Below are positions 37,938-45,357 of a DNA stretch of 64,000 nt, piece after piece. The number at the start of each line of letters is the position of its first letter. The stretch's first letter is position 1. Both the position numbers and the translations under genes were made by a program. A model generated the notes under the pieces. That model was not told the DNA's origin. It was given only the letters and a program-made list of their open reading frames with translations, and did not search any database. Origin of the DNA: Acidimicrobiales bacterium (GTDB taxonomy: Bacteria > Actinomycetota > Acidimicrobiia > Acidimicrobiales > JAUJNH01); NCBI GenBank assembly GCA_038232515.1, contig JBBSHS010000001.1:36407-100406 (forward strand), read 5' to 3'.

Positions 37938-37959
37938 CCCTGGTGCTACTGCACCAGGG
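37938..37959. terminator. GC hairpin at a convergent gene junction (possible bidirectional terminator)
   Basis: CCCTGGTGC-TACT-GCACCAGGG, a perfect 9-bp stem with no T-tract. It overlaps the last codons of the small membrane ORF. Confidence 0.4.
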
Positions 37960-38128
37960 TGGCGAGCGCCCACACGGCGGCCAACAGTCCGATGGCCATG
38001 AACGCCAGGCTGCGACCGAGTGGTGGACGGTCGAGCTCGCCGTCCTTGATTTCGGGCCGGGGCTTGACCAGGGCCAGGCCGGTGCCCAGGACCATCGCCC
38101 CGCCCAGGGCCAGCACGATGTACTGCAT
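37946..38128 (-). CDS. small two-TM membrane protein (60 aa)
   Basis: MQYIVLALGGAMVLGTGLALVKPRPEIKDGELDRPPLGRSLAFMAIGLLAAVWALATLVQ. The upstream part of the track ORF looks non-coding. Confidence 0.45.
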   Translation of the reverse strand: MQYIVLALGGAMVLGTGLALVKPRPEIKDGELDRPPLGRSLAFMAIGLLAAVWALATLVQ

Positions 38129-38389
38129 CAACTGGTCACCCAGGAACAACGGGGGCCTCCAGATGGGAACGGGCGGGTCGGCGCATGCGCGGGCGAGGCT
38201 ATCTGTGGCCACGGCCGCCCAAGGACGGCCGTGGCAGCCCCGACACCAGGCACGGCGCTGCCCGGCGCACCGCGGCGGGAGAGTGGCGACGTTGTCTCCT
38301 CTGACCGTGGGGACGGGCGCGGAGCCAACCCCGGCCTTCCCGTGGCCCGGCCGATCCGCCAAGGTACTCGGGCGCGCCACCATGGACTG

Positions 38390-39766
38390 GTGACCGCAGC
38401 CGCCATTGTCCAGGACCTCCGTGCCAATTTCGATGCCGGCCTCACCCGGCCGCTCTCATGGCGACGGTCGCAGTTGCGCCAGCTCATCCGCCTAATGCAG
38501 GAGGGCGAGGACGAGCTGCTGGGCGCCCTCCATGCCGACCTGCGCAAGCCGGCCACGGAGGCCTGGATGTCCGAGCTGGCGGTGACCGTGGCCGAGCTGG
38601 AGGGCATGATCGATCATCTGGCCGAGTGGGCCGAGCCCGAGAAGGTCGCCATCCCGTTGTCGATCAGACCGGGCCGTGGGTACGTGCGGCCCGAGCCGCT
38701 GGGCGTGGCCCTGGTCATCGCCCCGTGGAACTACCCCGTGGAGCTGGTGATCCTGCCCGTCGCCGCAGCCCTGGCGGCCGGCAACTGCGTGGTGGCAAAG
38801 CCCAGCGAGCTGGCGCCGATCACATCGCAGACGCTGGCCCAACTCGTACCCCGGTTCCTGGACGAGCGGGCCGTGGCCATCGTCGAAGGGGGCATCCCCG
38901 AGACCACCGAGCTGCTCAGCCAGCGCTGGGACCACATCTTCTACACCGGTAACGGCCGGGTAGGCCGGGTCGTCCTGGAAGCGGCCGCCCGCCATCTCAC
39001 CCCCGTCACGCTGGAGCTCGGCGGCAAGAGCCCGGCCATCGTCTGCCGGGACGCCAACCTCGACGTGGCCGCCCGCCGCATCGCCTGGGGCAAGTTCTTC
39101 AATGCCGGACAGAGCTGCATCGCCCCCGACCACGTACTGGTCGACGACGCCGTACACGACGAACTGGTGGCCAGGGTGACAGCGGCGACGAGATCCCTGT
39201 ACGGCACCGACCCCCGCCAGTCCAAGGACTACGCCCGCATCGTCAACCGCGCCCACTTCAACCGGCTGGCCGGGCTGATCGACGGCGGTGGCTACAGAGA
39301 AATGGTTCTCGGCGGCGAACGCGACGAGGGGTCGCTGTACCTCGCCCCGACCGTGGTGGATGGCATCGAGGACGAGGCCCCGGCCATGGGCCAGGAGATC
39401 TTCGGCCCCATCCTGCCCATCCGTGCGGTGGCCGACCTCGACGCCGCCATTGCCCACGTCAACGCCCACGACAAGCCGCTGGCCCTGTATGCATTCACCG
39501 AATCCAAGGTCACGACCGACCACATCGTGGAACGCACCTCGTCCGGCGGTGTGGTGGTCAACCACGTCCTGCTGCAGTTCGGGGTGCCCGCTCTACCGTT
39601 CGGCGGGGTGGGGCCCAGCGGCACGGGCGCCTACCACGGTCGGGCCGGCTTCGACACCTTCAGCCACCGCAAGGCCGTCCTGGACAAGCCGAGCCGTCCC
39701 GACCCCAGGATGATCTACCCGCCGATGAAGGCGTGGAAGCGGCTCCTGCTTCGGCGCCTCATGTAG
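38390..39766 (+). CDS. aldehyde dehydrogenase (class 3-like)
   Basis: PLGVALVIAPWNYP, ELGGKSP, NAGQSCIAPD catalytic Cys region. GTG start at 38390. Confidence 0.9.
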   Translation: MTAAAIVQDLRANFDAGLTRPLSWRRSQLRQLIRLMQEGEDELLGALHADLRKPATEAWMSELAVTVAELEGMIDHLAEWAEPEKVAIPLSIRPGRGYVRPEPLGVALVIAPWNYPVELVILPVAAALAAGNCVVAKPSELAPITSQTLAQLVPRFLDERAVAIVEGGIPETTELLSQRWDHIFYTGNGRVGRVVLEAAARHLTPVTLELGGKSPAIVCRDANLDVAARRIAWGKFFNAGQSCIAPDHVLVDDAVHDELVARVTAATRSLYGTDPRQSKDYARIVNRAHFNRLAGLIDGGGYREMVLGGERDEGSLYLAPTVVDGIEDEAPAMGQEIFGPILPIRAVADLDAAIAHVNAHDKPLALYAFTESKVTTDHIVERTSSGGVVVNHVLLQFGVPALPFGGVGPSGTGAYHGRAGFDTFSHRKAVLDKPSRPDPRMIYPPMKAWKRLLLRRLM

Positions 39767-39793
39767 CCGTGGGCGGTGACGCCGTCGGGTGGT

Positions 39794-40102
39794 TCAGATC
39801 TCGAACTGCGAGGCCACCCGGCTGGCCAGATGAGGGGTGATCAGGGCGTCGATCACGGCGCGGTGGGCGGGATGATCGAGGTAGGCGAGGTAGCCGGCAT
39901 GGTCGTCGAAGTCGGCCACCACCGCCAGCGAGGCGTTGGCCGGGCCCAGGCCAAGGTCGGGACCGACGGTATAGGCGCGGATCTCAGAGATCACGGCAGG
40001 CAGGCGGGCCAGCTCCCCGGCCACGAAAGCGGCATGGCCCGCATCGGTGTCGGTGGTGAAGGTGATCAGGGCACAGTGGCGGATCATGTCCTGATCGACC
40101 AT
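39794..40102 (-). CDS. Dabb (stress-responsive alpha/beta barrel) family protein
   Basis: MIRHCALITF..., YLAYLDHPAHRAV. Start at ATG 40102 or, more typically for the family, ATG 40087. Confidence 0.8.
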   Translation of the reverse strand: MVDQDMIRHCALITFTTDTDAGHAAFVAGELARLPAVISEIRAYTVGPDLGLGPANASLAVVADFDDHAGYLAYLDHPAHRAVIDALITPHLASRVASQFEI

Positions 40103-40106
40103 AGGC

Positions 40107-40205
40107 GCCGAAGCCACCGAAGCCACCGAAGCGGCCGAAGCCACCGAAGCGGCCGAAGCCACCGAAGCGGCCGAAGCGGCCGAAGCCACCGAAGCCGCCG
40201 AAGCC
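40107..40205. repeat. 11 tandem copies of a 9-bp unit RCCGAAGCS
   Basis: GCCGAAGCC ACCGAAGCC ACCGAAGCG GCCGAAGCC ... fills almost the whole divergent intergenic region between the Dabb and ATL genes. Confidence 0.9.
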
Positions 40206-40216
40206 GCCGGCCGGCC

Positions 40217-40504
40217 ATGATGTGGGCCGTGCTGGCTGACTTCAGCCGTCGAGTGGTCGCCGTCGTGCGGGGTCTGGCGGTGGGCGAGGTGGTGAGCTAT
40301 GGAGACGTGGCCGCCCAGGCCGGCTACCCCGGAGCGTCCCGGGGCGTGGGCGCGGTGCTGGCCCACAGCCGCGAGCCACTGCCATGGTGGCGGGTCGTGA
40401 CCAGCACGGGTCGGCTGGTCCCGGGCAAGGAGGCACGACAGGGCGACCTTCTCCGGGCCGAGGGCGTCACCGTCGAGGGCGGACGGGTCGTCCGCCCGCT
40501 GTGA
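40217..40504 (+). CDS. MGMT-family alkyltransferase-like (ATL) protein lacking the acceptor cysteine
   Basis: O6-alkylguanine transferase DNA-binding domain (VSYGDVA...GASRGVGAVL) with PWWRV in place of the catalytic PCHRV. Confidence 0.8.
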   Translation: MMWAVLADFSRRVVAVVRGLAVGEVVSYGDVAAQAGYPGASRGVGAVLAHSREPLPWWRVVTSTGRLVPGKEARQGDLLRAEGVTVEGGRVVRPL

Positions 40505-40586
40505 CCGACGAGCCGCCCACCACGAGCGGGCTCCGTGGCGGTGGCGGTGGCGCTGCATCGCCCGGACAGGGGCGTCTGGTGCGTCC

Positions 40587-41078
40587 TCAGGCCGATCTGT
40601 CGGGTGGAGGACCGGCGGCTTGGCTCACCAGGAAGTCGACCTCGAGGCGGACCGACCCCTCCAAGGTCAACCGATGCGGCACGGCGGGGGGCAGGCCCTG
40701 CGTGGTGCCGGCTGTCAGTCGGAGCCTGACCGGGGGATCGGTGGCCATGGATACGATCACCGATCCCTCGATGACCCGCAGGGCCCCCCAGTTGCCGTCG
40801 GCCACCCGGTGCTCTCGGCGAAGCCCGGCGGGCAGGCTGTCAGCGTCGAAGGGCCCCGCCGTCCGGGCCAGTCGGAGCCCAGGAGGCAGTTCAGCACGGT
40901 CGCAGAGCGGGCAGTCGATGTCCGAGCCGATCTTGGCGGCGCGCCCCGAATCGGTCAGCACCCAGGGGCGCTCCTGGAACGGTGGCCGATGGCGGATGTG
41001 CTGACCATGAAGGCAGGACAGCCGAGCGACCCAGTCGCCCGCTTCATCCTGGGCGAAGCCCACGATCGTGCGTATCAC
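40587..41078 (-). CDS. DUF3565 domain fused to a DUF1971 (TehB N-terminal/YeaR-like) domain
   Basis: IVGFAQDEAGDWVARLSCLHGQHIRHRPPFQERPWV (DUF3565), then LPAGLRREHRVADGNWGALRVIEGS...PHRL (DUF1971). GTG 41078 overlaps the stop of the upstream globin frame (GTGA). Confidence 0.7.
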   Translation of the reverse strand: MIRTIVGFAQDEAGDWVARLSCLHGQHIRHRPPFQERPWVLTDSGRAAKIGSDIDCPLCDRAELPPGLRLARTAGPFDADSLPAGLRREHRVADGNWGALRVIEGSVIVSMATDPPVRLRLTAGTTQGLPPAVPHRLTLEGSVRLEVDFLVSQAAGPPPDRSA

Positions 41079-41404
41079 GGTCGGGCCGGGAAGCGGTCCA
41101 AGGCGGCACCGATGGAGCCCCCGGCCTGGCGGGCGAGGTGCTTCGCCCGCGCCGCGGTGGGGCCGACGAAGCATTCGTCGACCGTCTCGTCGAACAGATC
41201 GAGCCAGCGGACGAGGTGGTCAGGACCGAACGGGGCCCTGGCCAAGATGGCCATATGGGCACGCACGACATTGCCGTGATAGTCCGAGCCGCCCAGAAGC
41301 CGCTGTTCCCAGAAGGCGCACAGAAGCGGGACATGGGTCGACCAGTCGACGTCGGCGGCACGGAAGACCGGGCCGAGACCCGAGATTGGGTCGTGGGGTG
41401 GCCT
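41075..41404 (-). pseudogene. group III-like truncated hemoglobin, 5'-truncated (no usable start)
   Basis: The open frame reads PHDPISGLGPVFRAADVDWSTHVPLLCAFWEQRLLGGSDYHGNVVRAHMAILARAPFGPDHLVRWLDLFDETVDECFVGPTAARAKHLA, matching trHb from the LGPxF region onward. The frame is closed by TGA at 41405-41407, the first ATG/GTG/TTG is at 41266, and about 25-30 N-terminal residues are missing where the family-2 hairpin sits. Confidence 0.6.
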
Positions 41405-41450
41405 TCAGGGTCTGATTTGGCCCGGGAAGGCCACGTGGCGACCCAATCTC
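41382..41450. repeat. 69-bp near-palindromic long-hairpin repeat, family 2, copy 2
   Basis: GAGATTGGGTC-GTGGG-GTGGCCTTCA...GGAAGGCCAC-GTGGC-GACCCAATCTC. It matches copy 1 at 51/69 positions, or 55/69 if copy 1 is reverse-complemented. Confidence 0.65.
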
Positions 41451-41483
41451 GCGGCGGTCGTTCACTGGATACGATGGGAGGCA

Positions 41484-41804
41484 ATGTTGGATGCCGCCGA
41501 CGAGCTGAACGTGTCCGAGCTGGACGATGCCTACCTCAAGATCCTCCTGCTGCTCGCAGGCCGTCGGGCGGAGGGGTCAGAGCCCCGTCGCGCCGGCTTC
41601 TGGCACGGCCTGGCCGGCATCTTGAGCGCCGAGCAGGAGAAGCGCCAAGGTGCCGCTTTCCTCGGCCACCAAGGGCCGACACCGCTTCGGGCTGACGAGA
41701 TCAACGAGCTTGAGGCGGTCCTTGACGAACTGCGTCGCGACGTGGCGACACTCGGATCGGAGTACCGGGCGTCCTACGGACAGGTACCGCCAGCAGGGGA
41801 GTGA
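41484..41804 (+). CDS. hypothetical protein (106 aa)
   Basis: ATG ORF with acceptable codon bias and predicted helical/acidic character; no family recognised. Confidence 0.4.
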   Translation: MLDAADELNVSELDDAYLKILLLLAGRRAEGSEPRRAGFWHGLAGILSAEQEKRQGAAFLGHQGPTPLRADEINELEAVLDELRRDVATLGSEYRASYGQVPPAGE

Positions 41805-41855
41805 CTGGATGCCATAGCTGACGATCGGTTGCCGTCGCGCTAATCTACTATCTGC

Positions 41856-42305
41856 ATGCCTGCGCAGAGGGAACGTAAACGGGCTCTGTCCGAGCCCACC
41901 GACGAGCAGGTCTCTCTGGCCGTGGGCACGCTCAAATTGCTGGCTGATCCCACCCGGCTGCGGATAATCTGGGCCCTGCTGCACGGCGAGCACTCCGTCA
42001 ACGAGCTCGCCGACCACGTCGGCGGTCAAGCCGCGTCCGTGTCCCAACACCTGGCCAAGCTGCGTCTGGCCCGGCTGGTCAAGACCCGTCGGGATGGGAC
42101 CCGCATCTTCTATGAGACCCAGGACATCCATGTCCGTCAACTCATGGAAGAGGCGCTCTTCCACGCCGATCACGTCGGCCGTCAGATGCAGGACCACGGG
42201 CCGGACCGCCCGGCACCCGTCGGCAGGCACGGCGCAGAGCCGTCCGGGGCCGCGAAGGGCCCCGGCGCCGTGGGCCGTCCGCCCAAGGGCGGCAGGTCGG
42301 CGTGA
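41856..42305 (+). CDS. ArsR/SmtB-family metal-responsive transcriptional repressor
   Basis: LKLLADPTRLRIIWALLHGEHSVNELADHVG...SQHLAKLRLARLV winged HTH, with a His-containing C-terminal tail. Confidence 0.85.
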   Translation: MPAQRERKRALSEPTDEQVSLAVGTLKLLADPTRLRIIWALLHGEHSVNELADHVGGQAASVSQHLAKLRLARLVKTRRDGTRIFYETQDIHVRQLMEEALFHADHVGRQMQDHGPDRPAPVGRHGAEPSGAAKGPGAVGRPPKGGRSA

Positions 42306-43438
42306 ACGACGAACGAGCGCCCCAGCACGAAGGGCACGCCCACGAAGGCCACGCCCACGAAGGCCACGCCCACGAAGGCCACGCCCACGAAGGCCACGCC
42401 CACGAAGGCCACGCCCACGAAGGCCACGCCCACGAAGGGCATCCAAGGGGCGTCCGGGGACTGATCGCCTCCCTCTTCGCCCCGCACAGCCACGACGCCG
42501 CCGATTCCATCGACACCGCTCTCCAGACCAGCGCCGACGGCATCCGGGCACTGAAGATCTCCCTCGCCGCCCTTGCCGTCACTGCGGGGATTCAGCTGGT
42601 CGTAGTGATGCTCAGTGGGTCGGTGGCTCTCCTGGCCGACACCGTCCACAACTTTGCCGACGCACTGACCGCCCTCCCGCTCGGACTGGCCTTCTGGCTC
42701 GGTCGCCGACCGCCGACCCGACGGTACACCTATGGCTACGGCCGGTCCGAGGATCTGGCCGGCATCTTCATCGTGGCGATGATCGCGCTGTCTTCGGCGG
42801 TTGCGGCATGGGAGGCAGTGCAGCGACTGGTCCATCCCCATCCGGTCGGACACGTCGGATGGGTCATCGTCGCCGGCGTCGTGGGCGCCGCCGGCAACGA
42901 ACTGGTGGCCGGCTACCGCATACGGGTCGGCCGCAGGATCGGCTCGGCCGCGTTGGTGGCCGACGGGATCCACGCCCGTACGGATGGACTGACCTCATTG
43001 GCGGTCGTCGCCGGAGCCATCGGTGTTGCCCTCGGTTACCAGCTCGCCGATCCCATCGTCGGGCTCGTCATCACGCTGGCCATCCTGCTGGTGCTGAAGA
43101 ACGCGGCCCGCGGCATCTACCGGCGCCTGATGGACAGCGTCGATCCGGGTCTTGTCGAGCACATCGAAGAGGTGCTGTCCAAGGTGGCCGGAGTCCAGGC
43201 TGTCGAAGCCGTCCGGGTCCGTTGGGTGGGCCATGAGCTGCGGGCCGAGGCCGAGATGGTGTCCGACGCCGATCTCTCTCTGGCCGATGCGCACGCCATC
43301 GCCGAGGAGGCGCGCCACGAGCTCCTGCACCGGATCGCTCGCCTGGCTGAGGTGACCATCCATACGAACCCCTGCACCCACGGTGGTCGTGACCACCACG
43401 CCGCCACGCATCACCACTTCCCCGGCCGCAGCCGCTGA
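42302..43438 (+). CDS. cation diffusion facilitator (CDF) family metal exporter with His-rich N-terminal repeat
   Basis: GTG overlaps the ArsR stop (GTGA). (HEGHA)x8 N-terminus, six TM helices with ADTVHNFADALT and HARTDGL motifs, and a C-terminal cytoplasmic domain. Confidence 0.85.
   Translation: MNDERAPQHEGHAHEGHAHEGHAHEGHAHEGHAHEGHAHEGHAHEGHPRGVRGLIASLFAPHSHDAADSIDTALQTSADGIRALKISLAALAVTAGIQLVVVMLSGSVALLADTVHNFADALTALPLGLAFWLGRRPPTRRYTYGYGRSEDLAGIFIVAMIALSSAVAAWEAVQRLVHPHPVGHVGWVIVAGVVGAAGNELVAGYRIRVGRRIGSAALVADGIHARTDGLTSLAVVAGAIGVALGYQLADPIVGLVITLAILLVLKNAARGIYRRLMDSVDPGLVEHIEEVLSKVAGVQAVEAVRVRWVGHELRAEAEMVSDADLSLADAHAIAEEARHELLHRIARLAEVTIHTNPCTHGGRDHHAATHHHFPGRSR
42325..42444 (+). repeat. 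15-nt tandem repeat CACGAAGGCCACGCC x8 inside the CDF coding region
   Basis: Six internal units are nucleotide-identical; the first and last units differ slightly. It encodes HEGHA repeats. Confidence 0.9.
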
Positions 43439-43442
43439 GACA

Positions 43443-44027
43443 ATGTTGCATCCTGCGATCGCCGCAGCCGTCTTCCCGCTGGTCTTCGTCGGCGAGCTTC
43501 CCGACAAGACCATGTTCGCCTCTCTGGTCATGGCCACGCGGGGCAGACCGGCCTCGGTATGGCTGGGCGCGGCCTTGGCCTTCGTGCTCCACGTGGTCAT
43601 CGCCACCACCATCGGAGTGGGCCTTTTCCATCTGCTGCCCCCTCGCGCCCTCGACGCCGTGGTCGCGTTTCTGTTCCTCGGTGGTGCCATCTACGCCTTC
43701 GTCGAAGCCGGCAAAGCCGAGCCTGAGCCCGCACAGGACGAAGTGGCCAGCCACCGCCGCGTGGTCACGACCGCCTTCGTGGTCATCTTCGTGGCCGAAT
43801 GGGGTGATCTGACCCAGATCCTCACCGCCAACCTGGCCGCCCACTACCACGACGCCCTTTCCGTCGGAGTCGGCGCCACCGCCGCGCTGTGGGCCGTGGC
43901 GGCCGTGGCCGTCATCGGCGGCCAGGGCCTGTTGCGGTTGGTCGACATCGCCATGGTCCGCAGGGTCACCGGCGTCGTCCTTGTGGTCCTCGCCGCCGTG
44001 GCCGCAACGGCCGCGGTGCGGGGCTGA
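43443..44027 (+). CDS. UPF0016 (TMEM165/GDT1) family cation (Mn/Ca) transporter
   Basis: Two copies of the E-x-G-D-(KT) motif (GELPDKT and AEWGDLTQ) in a 6-TM protein. Confidence 0.8.
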   Translation: MLHPAIAAAVFPLVFVGELPDKTMFASLVMATRGRPASVWLGAALAFVLHVVIATTIGVGLFHLLPPRALDAVVAFLFLGGAIYAFVEAGKAEPEPAQDEVASHRRVVTTAFVVIFVAEWGDLTQILTANLAAHYHDALSVGVGATAALWAVAAVAVIGGQGLLRLVDIAMVRRVTGVVLVVLAAVAATAAVRG

Positions 44028-44029
44028 AG

Positions 44030-44637
44030 TCAGCCCTCGCCGGCCTGGACGGGACGGTCCCGTCGGTACTCCATGCGTCCCGCCAGCCGGTCGGCGAGGT
44101 CCCTGCCGGAGAACCGTTCAACGAGCCACAGCGCCAGGTCGATGCCGGCTGTCACCCCACCACTGGTGACGAGCTCCCGTCATCGACGACGCGCTCTGAG
44201 ACCACTTGGGCGCCGGTGGCGGCGAGGTCGTCCAAGGCAGCATGGTGGGTGGTGGCCCGCCGGCTGCCGACGACCCCGGCGTGAGCCAGGAGCATCGTGC
44301 CCGTGCACACCCCGGCCATGATGCCGCCCTGGCCGGCGGCGTCGGCCAGCAGCGGCAGCAGGGCGCCGTCCTGCGCTTCAGCCCACGCTCCCACCGCGGC
44401 TCGGGCGGCCCATCCTCCTCCGGGGACCAGGACAACGTCGGCACCTGATTCGTAAACCGCGTCTGGGCGAAAGCGAAGCCCGAACGCGCCGACGACCTCG
44501 CCCACCGGGATCCTCGTCACGAGGCGGGCGGTCATGTCCGCGCCAGCGGCTTGGGCGCTGCGGAGAACCTCCAGCGGCCCGAGCGCGTCCATCTCATCCA
44601 AGCCGTCGTAGACCACGATGTCGAACCTCACGAGCAC
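44030..44637 (-). pseudogene. DJ-1/PfpI family protein with apparent 1-nt frameshift
   Basis: GVCTGTMLLA nucleophile elbow. ORF 44152..44637 ends after ERVVDDGSSSPVVG, but shifting frame gives the canonical continuation (DG)ELVTSGGVTAGIDLALWLVERF...* ending at 44030. The lesion maps to the CCC run at 44176-44178 (GGG on the coding strand, GGGG expected). Confidence 0.7.
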
Positions 44638-44784
44638 AGCCTCGCCGGCCTGGGCGCCGGTGCCAACGCGACTTCAGGACCCGCCCGCTCAAGCTCCACG
44701 CCTGGGAGATCCCTGTCCCGCCGTGAGGCGGAGCGCAGCCCAGGAGGAGCCCGTGGAGCGGCCGGGTTACGCTCGGACGGGCCC

Positions 44785-45357
44785 ATGACCGCGACCTGCC
44801 GGGTGCTGCTCATCTCAGGGAGCCTGCGGAGCAGGTCGACGAACACCGCCGTGTTGCGCACGGCGGCCGACGTGGCGCCCGACGGCATCGAGGCGGTCCT
44901 CTACGGGCACCTAGCCGACCTTCCGCATTTCAACCCCGACGACGACGTGGAACCGCTCCACCCCGCCGCCGGTGAGCTGAGACGCCAATTCCGTGGCGCG
45001 GACGCCGTGCTGTTCTCGACGCCCGAGTACGCGGGCGCACTTCCGGGGTCGTTCAAGAACCTTCTGGACTGGACGGTGGGTGACGACCAAGCCGGTTCCA
45101 TCTACGACAAGCCCGTGGCGTGGATCAACGCGTCAACCCGCGGGGCGGTCGACGCCCATGGCTCGCTGCGTAGGGTCCTGGGCTACGCCAAGGCGGCCGT
45201 CGTCGAAGCTGCGTGCGCAGACATAGCGGTATCGGGGGCCATGCTCGGCGATGACGGGCTGATCGTCGAGCCCTCGGTCCGCCACCGGATCGCCCGTGCC
45301 TTGACGACGCTCGCCGATCATGGCTGCCGCCTCCCGGACCGACGGAGGGAATTGTGA
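44785..45357 (+). CDS. NADPH-dependent FMN reductase family protein
   Basis: VLLISGSLRSRSTN, FSTPEYAGALPGSFKNLLDW. Start at ATG 44785. Confidence 0.8.
   Translation: MTATCRVLLISGSLRSRSTNTAVLRTAADVAPDGIEAVLYGHLADLPHFNPDDDVEPLHPAAGELRRQFRGADAVLFSTPEYAGALPGSFKNLLDWTVGDDQAGSIYDKPVAWINASTRGAVDAHGSLRRVLGYAKAAVVEAACADIAVSGAMLGDDGLIVEPSVRHRIARALTTLADHGCRLPDRRREL

Noticed and set aside
39794-40558. 254-aa ORF giving the Dabb protein a long N-terminal extension including an (AAS/VAS)n tract
   Set aside because: The extension is antisense to the well-supported ATL gene and crosses the 9-bp repeat. The Dabb family is about 100 aa. A short repeat-encoded extension is not excluded (see finding).
40107-42444. 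Tandem repeats (9-bp, 15-nt; also the 7-bp array at 37844-37930) considered as a possible CRISPR
   Set aside because: The units are contiguous with no spacers, are far shorter than CRISPR repeats, and no cas genes are present.
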